A stretch of DNA of 63,756 bases, filler included, from Octopus bimaculoides (lineage: Eukaryota): the NCBI RefSeq assembly GCF_001194135.2. It is 3 parts of 3 records of this genome, joined end to end, with 100 filler letters (N's around TTAATTAATTAA, not from the genome) between each part and the next. Parts side by side here need not be neighbours in the genome. Positions count along the whole stretch, not along the records: positions 45,533 to 63,756 come from NC_068989.1; 2 more parts are not named here. One strand, given 5' to 3'. A program made the translations under genes and the position numbers. The notes under the pieces are model-generated. The model did no database searches and was not told the DNA's origin. It worked only from the letters and a program-made list of their open reading frames with translations. Positions 49,647 through 63,756 of this stretch are shown piece by piece (the first letter of the stretch is position 1; each line of letters opens with the position of its first letter).

Positions 49647-50909
49647 CACACAGACGTTCTCAGTCTCTCCTTGAGTCGGACCAGAGTAGCCGCAATGGCA
49701 CCGTCCCAAAAGCTTTAATAGATCCTCCATGGAAACCGGGCAGTTTTTATGTCAATGTCGATAGAACGATGTTAAATCCCTCCAGGGCTTCTCCTCTCTT
49801 TCATATCGTATTTCTGGGTCATCCTGGACGAAAAAAAAACAAAAAAAAATAAAGACCTGGTCTCAAAACACGTACGTATTGCAATAAGAGATAACCAAAC
49901 AGGAGCAACAACAACATCAGCAACGATGGGTATTACAATGCGAACAGTGTGTACTATTTTGTTGGTGGAGTTAGATGGTGGTGCACTGGGAAAAAAATTG
50001 CCTGTTACCATCTTTTAGTTATGTGCTTTCACGCTCTGTGTTCAAATCCTCTCTGGTCTTCTTTTCCTTCCTCACCACCAACACCACCACCACCACCACC
50101 GCCACTATCATCATCTTCATCACCACCACCACCACCACCTTCTTTCATATATATTTTCACTGCTGCAATACCTTACAATTTTACTTTGTTATCTCTCTCT
50201 CTCTTTATATATATANNNNNNNNNNNNNNNNNNNNNNNNNNNNNNNNNNNNNNNNNNNNNNNNNNNNNNNNNNNNNNNNNNNNNNNNNNNNNNNNNNNNN
50301 NNNNNNNNNNNNNNNNNNNNNNNNNNNNNNNNNNNNNNNNNNNNNNNNNNNNNNNNNNNNNNNNNNNNNNNNNNNNNTCATTTAAGTCCTGGTAGTAGAA
50401 ATTTCTAATATTTCTCATTACCCTTGGTATTATTAATTATTGATAATTTATTCTGGATAATCTTTGAATTGAAACACCGGCATGTTTTATTTACTGCCGA
50501 CATGGAGCTGCGCTTGCTCGGTAGATTTGAAAAATTAGAATGTATAAGCATGCAGCATATACTGGATTGCCTCGTGTATATATGTTTAATCTAGGTGTAC
50601 CTGCTGAAGAAAACTTCGCCTGGCAAATTATTTTATTTGCTAAAATAAGTCAGAAACCATTGGTCCAGGAGCTAGATGGTAAATGTTTTTATCTTTCACT
50701 CCTTTCGTAGTGTTATCGCTAAGTAGTGGTTTGGAACTTAGCTGTTCTTTCTAGTGTGCAAGGAATCCTGTGATAGATACCTCTTATGTGTTTAAATGTA
50801 CACTGTATTTATAGGAATTTTATATAGTCTATTGACTAAATTTTTACACGCTAGGCCACCGGTAGTAGACATTTCTAATATTTCTCATTACCCGTGATAT
50901 TATTAATAT

Positions 50910-51330
50910 AGGCGCAGGAGTGGCTGTGTAGTAAGTAGCTTGCTTACCAACCACATGGTTCCGGATTCAGTCCCCCTTTGTGGCACCTTGGGCAAGTGTC
51001 TACTACTATAGCCTCGGGCTGACCAAAGCCTTGTGAGTGGATTTGGTAGACGGAAACTGAAAGAAGCCCGTCGTATATATGTATATGTATATATGTATGT
51101 GTGTGTGTATGTTTGTGTGTCTGTGTCTTTCCCCCCAACATCGCTTGACAACCGATGCTGGTGTGTTTACGTCCCCGTAATGTAGCGGTTCAGCAAAAGA
51201 GACCCAATAGAATAAGTACTAGGCTTACAAGGAATAAGTCCTGGGGTCGATTTGCTCGACTAAAGGCGGTGCTCCAGCATGGCCGCAGTCAAATGACTGA
51301 AACAAGTAAAAGAGTAAAGAGTAAAAGAGT
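50910..51330 (+). mobile_element. SINE family A, young full-length copy
   Basis: GGCGCAGGAGTGGCTGTG head to (GTAAAGA)n tail, with CpGs retained. Confidence 0.92.
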
Positions 51331-52113
51331 NNNNNNNNNNNNNNNNNNNNNNNNNNNNNNNNNNNNNNNNNNNNNNNNNNNNNNNNNNNNNNNNNNNNNN
51401 NNNNNNNNNNNNNNNNNNNNNNNNNNNNNNNNNNNNNNNNNNNNNNNNNNNNNNNNNNNNNNNNNNNNNNNNNNNNNNNNNNNNNNNNNNNNNNNNNNNN
51501 NNNNNNNNNNNNNNNNNNNNNNNNNNNNNNNNNNNNNNNNNNNNNNNNNNNNNNNNNNNNNNNNNNNNNNNNNNNNNNNNNNNNNNNNNNNNNNNNNNNN
51601 NNNNNNNNNNNNNNNNNNNNNNNNNNNNNNNNNNNNNNNNNNNNNNNNNNNNNNNNNNNNNNNNNNNNNNNNNNNNNNNNNNNNNNNNNNNNNNNNNNNN
51701 NNNNNNNNNNNNNNNNNNNNNNNNNNNNNNNNNNNNNNNNNNNNNNNNNNNNNNNNNNNNNNNNNNNNNNNNNNNNNNNNNNNNNNNNNNNNNNNNNNNN
51801 NNNNNNNNNNNNNNNNNNNNNNNNNNNNNNNNNNNNNNNNNNNNNNNNNNNNNNNNNNNNNNNNNNNNNNNNNNNNNNNNNNNNNNNNNNNNAAACGTGG
51901 ATGAAAATTGTGCAGTGGTAAGTGTATAATAGGCTCCGTTTTCCATCTTTATCTACGATGAGCGCTCAGTTGTTCGACCATTTGGATTCCTAATCATGAA
52001 ATAAACAAGTAAGTGGTTGAGTATACCGGAGATGCGTGTTCCGTTTGAGTAATTGCGATACACTTGTGACAAGAATAGACATTTAAATTACAAAATAGGA
52101 ATAAAGGGAGAGG

Positions 52114-52157
<44 letters not shown>

Positions 52158-53419
52158 AAGAAGTGTATGTGTGTGTATGTGTGTGTGTGTATGGGAGAGT
52201 GGAGAGATAAATGGGTAGATAGATAGACAGCTAGTGTGTGTGTGTGTGTGTGAGTGTGTGTGTGTGTGTGTGTGTGAGTGAGAGAGAGAGAGATAGAAAT
52301 AGATAGACAGAGAGAGAGATAGATACAAAGAGATGGATAGAAATAGATACAGATAGACAGAGACAGAGGGAGAGAGAGAGAACAAACTCGATAGATAGAT
52401 AGATAGATAGATAGATAGACAGATAGGGATTGAGTGAGAGAGAGAGAGAGGAGGAACTAGATAGATTGAGAGAGAGAGAGAGAGAGAGAAAAGTAGACAG
52501 ATAAACATACTGGATTAGTACTTTATTTATCGACCCTGCACTTGTGAAAGGTAAAGATTACATCTGCAGGATTTCGACTCATCGCTCAGAGAACCGGGAC
52601 GAATAAGGTACAGCACCCCTGACTCGCATTGTAGGAGTGTCAGGGTTTGTATGGGTTTTTGTGTCGTCAGTGGAACCCTTGAGGAATGATTTTGAGGAAT
52701 GGATTTCTCAACTAATGCCATTGATTTGACAATGTTGTTGCGATGCAGAATATCATTTCATAATTTTTCAAGTTATTTCTGCAGAATCAACAAGGTAACA
52801 ATGGAACTGTATCAATGATTAAGCCACAGAGGTGCGACGAAAATTTCGAAACCTCATGAAATAGAATATAATTATACAGCGAAATCAACAATTTTGCGTT
52901 TTACTAAATGGCTTTTACTCGTCGTTGCTTTGATTTCAACACACAGTCATTGATGAAATCACTTATTAATCAAACAGATTTTCGAAATTTCTGTCGAATG
53001 TTGTTACTTAAGTTGTCGGTTGATTTCGCATACAGTTGATATGTTGTACTTTATCCTGCATAGCTGCATGTATGCTTTGTAATCACGTGGTTTCGGTTTC
53101 AATCCCACTGCCCAGCGTCTTAGGCGAGTCCTTTCTACCATTGCCCTGGGCCGATTCATGCTTTGAGAATAGATCTGGTTGATGGAAACTGTACGGAAGC
53201 CCATCGTATATATATATATCTATGTGTGTGTGTATTTGTGTGTGTGTGTGTGTGTATGTGTGTGCGTGTATGTATGTCAGCATTTGTGTTTGTTCCCCCA
53301 ACAGGGCTTGACAAGTGGTGAGTGAAGTAGTAAGTTACGGGAACGCAAACAAACCAACACCAGTTCTTAAGCGGTGAGAGACAAAGATGCATACCACTGA
53401 CAGGAACGTACACACACAC

Positions 53420-53480
<61 letters not shown>

Positions 53481-53709
53481 TATATATATATATTCGAAAG
53501 GATTCTATACAGTTTCCGTGAATTAAATTCGTAAATTCACCCATATGTCCGTTCCGGGTTAATAGTAAACCACGTTTGCTTACGGTATCGCACAGTGGGA
53601 CAGTTGTCCAAAACATGATTATGAAGTGACCCTAAAGACAAGGGATCCGTTGCAAAAACGAATATTACTTATATTCAATATTCATAATGAATTTTCTGAG
53701 CAGAAGCTT

Positions 53710-53970
53710 TGCATATGTCAATTTTAAAAGGTAAAAGTCCTTCCTGAAGCATATAGGCTCATAGGGCCGGTTACCCAGTTTTCATGGCGCATATATTCCC
53801 ACCGCCCTGGATAGGACGCCGGTCAGTCGCAAGATTGCTCATGTTTGCCAGCAACGTGAAATGAAGTGTTTTGCTCAAGAACCGAACACGTCGCCTGGAC
53901 CTGGAATCGAAATCACAATCGTACGATTATGAGACCAACACCCTTAACCACTAAGCCACGCGCCTCCAGA
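53710..53970 (-). mobile_element. SINE family C-type with (TTTACC) tail
   Basis: GGAGGCGCGTGGCTTAGTGGTTAAGGG...GATTTCGATTCCAGG head and TCTTGAGCAAAACACTT core. Confidence 0.7.
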
Positions 53971-54319
53971 TCTCAATTCTGGATCTAAATTAAGAAGAAC
54001 TTTGACTATATTAGTTCTGCTTTCGCTTCCTGGCCTTCGCTAAAGTGTTTCTCTCTTATTCGACTCTATGACTCATTGAAATAAAGAGTTGTTTCCATCA
54101 TTTTTCTGGAAATTATAGAAAGTTTTATATGTCGTCTGCCTCAGCTTATCATAAATTTTGCTGATGACTTTTCAGTTCTGCTTTTTTTTTTTGCTTTCGG
54201 CAAAAACTTTTTGTGGGGATGATAGTATGATTATAATTGTGTAACATTTAAGCAATCATTTTGTATATCTTTGTACGTCGTAATAAAATTAATTATTTAT
54301 TGTTCATTAAACAATTACG

Positions 54320-55044
<725 letters not shown>

Positions 55045-55046
<2 letters not shown>

Positions 55047-55430
55047 GAGTGAGAGAGCAGTGCATGCCATCAAAGGGACACTGGAGTAAAATATACGAAG
55101 CCCATTATATCCACCATGACTACCCGTCTGATAAGGGTACACCAGGCACATGCATCACAACCATATATGTGCGACATGGTGATCTCATATCAAGATAAAC
55201 AGCGCATGACTTCGAAGGTGGAGCCCAGTTCGAATTTTCTGAAGGTCGAGTAGCCCATTCCGCTCAAAAGGTCCCTGAATAAGGTTTGTTCAAGGATGTT
55301 GAACAAAAAAAACACCCATGTTTCCAAAGGTGAATTATTCAAACCCCACAAAAATTCCTCTCAACACATGGCTATGATGCTCCTCCACTACTTCTGCTCA
55401 TGATCAGAGATGCACATATCGTCAGCCTTA
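55045..55430 (-). mobile_element. Repeat family E copy between (ATT)n tracts
   Basis: Matches 7975-8360. Confidence 0.75.
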
Positions 55431-55451
55431 TTATTATTATTATTATTATCA

Positions 55452-55509
<58 letters not shown>

Positions 55510-55967
55510 GATAACCATGTATGTTAGCGAGAGATGACCGTGACCAACTTGTACGTTGAGCAAAATTGACATTGTGGTTTTTAACTCTATTTTTGCTAAG
55601 GTCGAATTTGCTTTTTGTACCTGACATGATTGATACGAATAAGAATCTCAGAAAGCTATTGGGGGTGGGGGTGATGCAATGAATAATGTATCTTGGCACG
55701 GTTATAATTCCATTGAGTGAAATCAGTAAAGAAAGAAAAGAAAAATAAAAGAATTGTTCTCGACCGAGAATCGAAACCGGGTCAGTGACATGGCACAGTT
55801 TGTCTGATATCGATACGGATCGTATTCCTTTATCTGTACTACGCCACAAATACATACACGCGCACACACGCGCCCTCACATTCACACATACACATACACA
55901 CACATACACGCACGCACACACAAACACACATAAGCCCAACCACCATCACACACTATTCCACACAGAT

Positions 55968-56008
<41 letters not shown>

Positions 56009-56749
56009 NNNNNNNNNNNNNNNNNNNNNNNNNNNNNNNNNNNNNNNNNNNNNNNNNNNNNNNNNNNNNNNNNNNNNNNNNNNNNNNNNNNNNNNNNNNN
56101 NNNNNNNNNNNNNNNNNNNNNNNNNNNNNNNNNNNNNNNNNNNNNNNNNNNNNNNNNNNNNNNNNNNNNNNNNNNNNNNNNNNNNNNNNNNNNNNNNNNN
56201 NNNNNNNNNNNNNNNNNNNNNNNNNNNNNNNNNNNNNNNNNNNNNNNNNNNNNNNNNNNNNNNNNNNNNNNNNNNNNNNNNNNNNNNNNNNNNNNNNNNN
56301 NNNNNNNNNNNNNNNNNNNNNNNNNNNNNNNNNNNNNNNNNNNNNNNNNNNNNNNNNNNNNNNNNNNNNNNNNNNNNNNNNNNNNNNNNNNNNNNNNNNN
56401 NNNNNNNNNNNNNNNNNNNNNNNNNNNNNNNNNNNNNNNNNNNNNNNNNNNNNNNNNNNNNNNNNNNNNNNNNNNNNNNNNNNNNNNNNNNNNNNNNNNN
56501 NNNNNNNNNNNNNNNNNNNNNNNNNNNNNNNNNNNNNNNNNNNNNNNNNNNNNNNNNNNNNNNNNNNNNNNNNNNNNNNNNNNNNNNNNNNNNNNNNNNN
56601 NNNNNNNNNNNNNNNNNNNNNNNNNNNNNNNNNNNNNNNNNNNNNNNNNNNNNNNTCTTTATCTTTTTGTTCTTTGGCTATTTTGTCCCTTTTGCTATCT
56701 CTCTCTCTCTTTCTCCCTCTCTCTTTCTGCTTGTCTGTCAATCAGTCAG

Positions 56750-56817
<68 letters not shown>

Positions 56818-56936
56818 CATAGATACAGAGACAGGCTGTCTACCTGTCTGTGTTTCCGTCCGTCTGTCTATCTATCTATCTGCCTTCTTGTCTGTCAGAG
56901 TGTCTGTCAGTGTGTGTGTCTCCCTGTCTGTCTAGA

Positions 56937-56982
<46 letters not shown>

Positions 56983-58286
56983 CCTCTCTCTCTCTCTATC
57001 TATCTATGGAATAAATATGAATACGGGGCAAATATGGTCTCGATATACAGTCTTATATGTACATTTATATAAGAAGACATATAATTTGGATGTATATCTG
57101 ACGTCACTATATGCCTGATCCAGACGTAGGGCTGCGGCTATGCTAGGGTACAAGAGTACATACTGCTGTGAAGAATTTAATTCAACAAGTCAACCCCAGT
57201 ATGCTTTTAAAGACTGGTACTTGTTCTATCGGTCTCTTTCGACGAGCCACATGGTTATGGAAACGTGAACAGACCAACGCCGGTTATCAAGTGGTAATGG
57301 GGGACAAATGTATAGATATGGACACATAGGCATTCGCACAGCCATATACATAGACACGACGGAAGTCTTTCAGTTTCGGTTTACTAAATCGACTCTCAAA
57401 GACTTGCTACGCTCGGGGCTATAGCAGAAGACACTAGTACATGGTGCTACATCGTGGGACCGAACCCCAAGACCACGCAGTTGGGAAATAAACTTCTTAA
57501 CTACACAGCCATGCAGGACTGCATTATCTAATGAGTCCTCGTTTCTAAGATAATATGTGATTTGCCTGCTTTTCTAGTAAGATCAGCGAGGCATCGTCTT
57601 TCAATGGCGTCCAAGACAACCTTAGCAATGTGCGTAGTCTGACAGCTTAAAGCGGCAACCGGAAGATGAATATACGGGTGGATCCTCCATGACGTTCGAT
57701 GGGTGCCATCGGGAGCCCTCATACAGTTGCTCAGTCATTGAAATAATCTCAAGGGAATTGTCAGCAGTGGTGTGTAATTACTCGTACCAGCCTCTCCTCT
57801 AAGCCGCAAAGCATGAAGTTATCAAAAGAGGCTGAGAGATCCCTTTGAGTAATGTCCTCGTCAAATCTGGTGTTATTTGAGGGAGACCAAGCTGTTGTTT
57901 TAGGGTTAGGTATGTATANNNNNNNNNNNNNNNNNNNNNNNNNNNNNNNNNNNNNNNNNNNNNNNNNNNNNNNNNNNNNNNNNNNNNNNNNNNNNNNNNN
58001 NNNNNNNNNNNNNNNNNNNNNNNNNNNNNNNNNNNNNNNNNNNNNNNNNNNNNNNNNNNNNNNNNNNNNNNNNNNNNNNNNNNNNNNNNNNNNNNNNNNN
58101 NNNNNNNNNNNNNNNNNNNNNNNNNNNNNNNNNNNNNNNNNNNNNNNNNNNNNNNNNNNNNNNNNNNNNNNNNNNNNNNNNNNNNNNNNNNNNNNNNNNN
58201 NNNNNNNNNNNNNNNNNNNNNNNNNNNNNNNNNNNNNNNNNNNNNNNNNNNNNNNNNNNNNNNNNNNNNNNNNNNNNNNNNNTTGA

Positions 58287-58690
58287 ATAAAGTTAAAACA
58301 TGGTCTGGTTTTCACGTTTTCTATTATGGTATTAAAAAAATATTTTTTGTTACAATGTTGAAGTGTGTTAAACATTAAAACAATATTTTGTAATGTTCAT
58401 AAAGTCCAATTAGCGTTTTCTTACGTTCGTAGTAATCATCAGATTTCAAAATGTGTTCAACTGACAGTTGAGTTCTTGACAAATGTAGCAAAATGACTGA
58501 CTTCTTCATTTTTGGGTCTCTTAAAAGGCTGCAAGAAGCCGAACTTTTGTAATATGGTCTTGACCAATCTGCATGCATCTTAAACGTCATGGTTCGCCGC
58601 GCGTACCGATAGGCGGGATCTATGCCAGCAATATAGGTTTTAAAATACCATAATAAAAACCGTGAAAACCAGACCATGCTTTAACTTTAT
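58287..58690. mobile_element. 404-bp MITE with about 47-bp TIRs and possible TTGA TSD
   Basis: ATAAAGTTAAA(A/G)CATGGTCTGGTTTTCACG...TATTATGGTATT is inverted at both ends. TTGA at 58283-58286 and 58691-58694. Confidence 0.75.
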
Positions 58691-58863
58691 TTGACTACAT
58701 TACTCTATACACATTTACACAAATTCGGAATATATATATGTCTGTCTGTATGTATGGGTTATAATAAAGTCATATACAATCATGCATCGCTTAGATTTCA
58801 GACGAATTTTGTTTGAAAGAAGACATGTGTGACTGATTCATAACTTTCGTTACTGTATGTAAT

Positions 58864-58912
<49 letters not shown>

Positions 58913-59631
58913 ATACTTATTTATCTATCTATCTATTTATCTATCTAAAATATATTTTACGCAATTCAAACGTTATCTGATACAGAACTCAATACGCCTG
59001 GAGCGATGTTCTAAGTCGTCTGTCAATTTCTGATATAATGNNNNNNNNNNNNNNNNNNNNNNNNNNNNNNNNNNNNNNNNNNNNNNNNNNNNNNNNNNNN
59101 NNNNNNNNNNNNNNNNNNNNNNNNNNNNNNNNNNNNNNNNNNNNNNNNNNNNNNNNNNNNNNNNNNNNNNNNNNNNNNNNNNNNNNNNNNNNNNNNNNNN
59201 NNNNNNNNNNNNNNNNNNNNNNNNNNNNNNNNNNNNNNNNNNNNNNNNNNNNNNNNNNNNNNNNNNNNNNNNNNNNNNNNNNNNNNNNNNNNNNNNNNNN
59301 NNNNNNNNNNNNNNNNNNNNNNNNNNNNNNNNNNNNNNNNNNNNNNNNNNNNNNNNNNNNNNNNNNNNNNNNNNNNNNNNNNNNNNNNNNNNNNNNNNNN
59401 NNNNNNNNNNNNNNNNNNNNNNNNNNNNNNNNNNNNNNNNNNNNNNNNNNNNNNNNNNNNNNNNNNNNNNNNNNNNNNNNNNNNNNNNNNNNNNNNNNNN
59501 NNNNNNNNNNNNNNNNNNNNNNNNNNNNNNNNNNNNNNNNNNNNNNNNNNNNNNNNNNNNNNNNNNNNNNNNNNNNNNTATATATATATAAGAGAGACAT
59601 ATATCACTGGCTTAAATTATTGTAACTTTAG

Positions 59632-59660
59632 TATAGTCGTGGCCAAAAGTTTGGAAAATT
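59632..59660 (+). mobile_element. Solo Tc1-like TIR
   Basis: TA-TAGTCGTGGCCAAAAGTTTGGAAA resembles Tc1-family ends (CAGTCGTGGCCAAAAG). Confidence 0.4.
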
Positions 59661-59734
59661 TATTTTAAAATTATGAATTGTTATGCGCATATACAATTCG
59701 ATTCAAATATATACAACGCAGAGATATACATACC

Positions 59735-60005
59735 TGCTCCAATGGTTCACTATCTAGAAGACCAGCAGTCGCCCATGCATACCGGCCTCGCCTAACCACA
59801 CCACTGATATTATCCAAGGGAAAAGCAAAGGGGCCGATACAGTTCGGCACCTGTGACATCGCAACTCATTTCTACAGCTGAGTGAACTGGAACAATGTGA
59901 AATAAAGTGTCTTGCTCAAGAACACAACGCGCAGCCCAGTCCAGGAATCGAACTCCCTACCTCATGGTTGTGGGCTTGACGTTCTAACCACTGAGCTACA
60001 GGCCT
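59735..60005 (-). mobile_element. SINE family C-type with a third tail
   Basis: AGGCCTGTAGCTCAGTGGTTAG...GAGTTCGATTCCTGG head and TCTTGAGCAAGACACTTT core. Confidence 0.7.
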
Positions 60006-60025
60006 TTACATATACATACATGCGT

Positions 60026-60117
<92 letters not shown>

Positions 60118-60339
60118 TTTATTGCAGTTGTCGTTTAGTTTCTGGTCCATAATGTCCGAGCAGGCCTACAATCAAACGCCACCCCATTGTTACCATCGCC
60201 TATATTTTTGTCTTCTAAAATTCAGTTTGTAATTCGGAAAATATACGGCTGCTAATTTTAGTAGATCAAATCTCCCTTAGTATTTCATTTCAATGTTGGA
60301 CCGAGTGGCACGTGATGTTTAGCAACTTCTTGTTAAGCT

Positions 60340-60850
60340 CTACATTTCAAATCTCCTCCAGTGAGATGTTGTCCAGCACACATAGTGCAGATTGAACACC
60401 AGTTATAGACTAAGGATTGACTAGTAGTATGCTGTCAACTTAATGTGACAGTTCCATGAAGAGAATAATACTACTGTTGTTTAGACCTAGGAAGCTGCAC
60501 CGCTTCCTGTCGGCCTTGTTTACTGCTTCCTGTGTCCTTATGTTTACAAGAGGGAGACAAGCACCTCCACCCAGCTAAGCCTGCATCCAGAGACATGTTT
60601 CTGAGTCTTTGCTCGTCGTCAGAAACATGTCCCTGGATTCAGGCTTAGCTGGGTGGAGGTGCTTGTCCCACCCCTGTAAACATAAGGACACAGGAAATGT
60701 GTCAAGGCCGACAGGAAGCGGTGCAGCTTCCTAGGTCTAACCAACAGTAGTATTATTCCCTTCATGGGACTGTCAGATTAATTTGACAGCATACAACTAC
60801 TTCAACCTATCACTACTGCATAAATCTCTGTAAGAGATTTAGAAATGTAC
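60340..60850. mobile_element. Foldback/palindromic element (about 180-bp arms, 14-nt spacer)
   Basis: 60427-60604 is the reverse complement of 60619-60794. Weaker pairing extends outward. Confidence 0.88.
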
Positions 60851-61292
60851 TATTTCTTGGGATTGATTAGTTCTCGCTCTATCTGATGCGTCAGGCGACA
60901 AGTATGACGTATATAGTTGGATACTCTCCATAGTGCTAGAGAGAACGGCTCGTTTCTGGTGCATCGTTATACTCACCGGCATGTTTTGCGTACTTTTTCA
61001 TTCGGTTTTATATCCAAAAATGTATTAGCAAGTTTCCCAAAAGATTTTGTTTGACATATTAGCCAAAAAATATGACATTCAAGGGAAGATGGGGAAAAAA
61101 AATTGTAAATTTGTTGCATGCAATGTAATACACGTATACATAGGCACAAACGTAAACACACACATGCACACATACACATGCACACGCACGAACACACACA
61201 CAAGCAGTGACACACACGCTTCCGCAAACATTCACGAGATGAAATGAAAACACGAACTACTTACAGAAAAAACTGAATCGATAAAAGTGCAC

Positions 61293-61348
<56 letters not shown>

Positions 61349-61483
61349 GTGTATTTATACATATATATGTAATATATATATATATATAAACAGATAGATA
61401 CTATATGTATGTATATGCAGACACAAATATATAATCATATAAATACATACATATTTATATATATTATGTATGCAAAAATCGTG

Positions 61484-61519
<36 letters not shown>

Positions 61520-61610
61520 TGCATGTATATGTATATATATGTATATATACATACATATATATATATATATATACACATATATGTGGATGTATATAAATTT
61601 ATACAATATG

Positions 61611-61649
<39 letters not shown>

Positions 61650-62528
61650 TATATGTCCGTATCTCTATATATCTATATATCTGTTTATATATATAATATC
61701 ATATCATATGCGTATACATACAAACACTCAAACATACTTACTATGAGAGAGAACGAACGAATGGGTGTGTATGTACGAACAATGGAAAGATATATACATT
61801 AACAAGATATGTATGTATATATGTATGTATGTATAAGTGGGTGTGCGTGCGTGTATGTATGTGTGTATGCATGTATGTATGTATATGTAAAGCGAACGTG
61901 TATACATTAAATTTCTCTATTGGCTGGATGTTGTTCAATACAGAACTAATATATAACAGGCACTGACTACAAATAACCCAACACACTGCTGCCGCCACCG
62001 CCACCACCACCACCACCACCACCACCACAACCAGTACCACCTCCGACACCAACAACACAATCATCACTGCCACCACCACCACCAACCACAACGCCTACAA
62101 CAATTACTATAACCACTAGCACAACACCAACACAAACACATACACATTCACATCACCAAAGGCATTCCTCTATGATAAACAATTGTTTTCCTATTTACAT
62201 AGCTCCGTAATGACAGGAATATCTGACAGTATCTCAAAAATCTAATAACAAAAGGACGATCAAAATAAATTTTCATATATAACGACGACGACAACAACAG
62301 CTACAACAACAACAACAACAACATAATCAATAAGTACAACGGCAGTATCATTATTATCGACACAATCAATAACAAGAACAAGAAGATGATATAAAGAACA
62401 AGGCAACGCTGGGTAGAAGGGGAAAACTGTTTAAAAAGGAAGAAAATAAAATTGAGGGAAAATAAAAATATATAAAACGGTTTGAACGGGATATAAATTT
62501 ATACTTGCTTGTTATATGAAAAACAGTC

Positions 62529-62574
<46 letters not shown>

Positions 62575-62666
62575 TTCTGTTTTTTCCTACATCAACATAT
62601 TTACCTATCTTTTTCTCTAATGCATACATACACACACACACAAACACACTCGTACGCGCACGCACA

Positions 62667-63627
62667 CACGGGGTGCGATAGGTAAATTGTCGCCATATTT
62701 ATATTTTTAATTTCACGCATGCACATTGTTTTTGATTTTGTCGACTACACAGTATAGTAGGGTCAGTTGGGCACCGTCTGTGAGAAGAACAGTACTATGA
62801 CGCAATTCAGTTTGCCAGAAATTTGGAAACGACATGCTGTAGTGCTTGACATTTTCGCCAGAAGCTCCAATACGAACATTTCAGAGTATTTGGATGTCAA
62901 TCTAAGGCCAGTGCAGATGTCAATGTTTTGGGTGTCAATCTAAGGACAGTGCAGAAAGAGTTGGATGAGTCTAATGGTGATTACGAAGGTAAGGCAGCTC
63001 GGAAAACTGATTCTGAATTTGTTGGTGAGATCCTAACCATGATTGAAAACGATCCCTCCAAGTCAATCGGGTCCATCGCCAAGGACATGGGAGTGTATGA
63101 GTTTCTTATCAGGCAGGTAGCGCATGAAGACATTCGGTATACCTCATACAAGATGAGAAAGGGCCGATTTTTATCCCAAGCCATAAAGGACAAGAGGAAA
63201 GACGGCGCTCTGAAACTTTTGAACAAACTCAAGCATCCTTTCAAACCGAACATGCTTTGGCTTTTTTCAGACGAGAAAAAATTTCTGCCAGGATCAGATG
63301 GTGAACACACAGAACAAGCGCTGGCTTGGCGTGTCTCCAAAACATCTACTGAGAGTGATAAAAATCAAACATCTCGTCAATATCAAGGTGTTTGGAGTGA
63401 TCACAAGTGATCGCCACGTTATGCCTCCATTTATCTTCACACACAGCCTCGCATTCAACACGGAGGTCTAAATCAAGTGCTTGGAGGAGGTGGTTCTGTT
63501 CTGCGTCAACAAGGTGGCTCCTGGAAGACCCTATGTCTAGCAACAGGACTCTGCACCATGCCACACAAGCAGGAGTACCCAGCCATGGCTGTCAGACAAT
63601 TTCTACGACCACATCACCTCTAACATC
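62667..63627 (+). mobile_element. maT/DD37D-like Tc1-mariner transposase pseudogene, 3'-truncated
   Basis: EIWKRHAVV...; ENDPSKSIGSIAKDMGV...DIRYTSYKMRKG...WLFSDEKKF; QQDSAPCHTSRSTQPWLSDNF. Cut by a SINE. Confidence 0.82.
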
Positions 63628-63756
63628 TTATTTCTTTATTGCCCACAAGGGGCTAAACGTAGAGGGGACAGACAAAGACAGACAAAGGGATTAAGTCGAT
63701 TACATCGACGCCAGTGTGTAACTGGTACTCAATTTATCGACCCCGAAAGGATGAAA
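63628..63756 (-). mobile_element. SINE family B 3' half
   Basis: Reverse complement of TTTCATCCTTTCGGGGTCGATAAATT...GTGGGCAATAAAGAAATAAG. Confidence 0.9.

Noticed and set aside
55395-55430. CTGACGA on the minus strand of family E as an HHR core
   Set aside because: No downstream GAAA or compatible stems.
60977-61005. Minus-strand ATG...G|GTGAGT mini first exon (MKKYAKHA)
   Set aside because: Weak start context and no supporting downstream exon identified.

Overview
AT-rich, microsatellite-dense animal genomic DNA with many assembly gaps. The SINE/LINE repertoire suggests an octopus (inference). Most of the window is transposable-element debris: at least four tRNA-headed SINE families, RTE, R4/Dong-type (RLE) and Tx1/L1-type LINE fragments, mariner/Tc1/maT, pogo and Merlin transposase pseudogenes, several MITEs/foldbacks, and Penelope-type repeats carrying minimal hammerhead ribozyme (HHR) motifs. 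No intact long ORF and no host gene I can name. A possible minus-strand spliced gene is suggested by a CpG-rich promoter-like site with a candidate first exon at about 23.05 kb and phase-compatible exons at 5.5, 3.3 and 1.1 kb (one TPR-like); this is low to moderate confidence. The most interesting signals are a tRNA-headed SINE ending in a Penelope-type HHR with a head-to-head inverted HHR copy, a Tx1-like LINE 3' end matching a SINE 3' tail, a Merlin transposase bracketed by inverted repeats, a 5'-inverted RTE insertion, and two strand-informative hairpins. SINE family labels A-E below are my own working names. All alignments and folds were done by eye.
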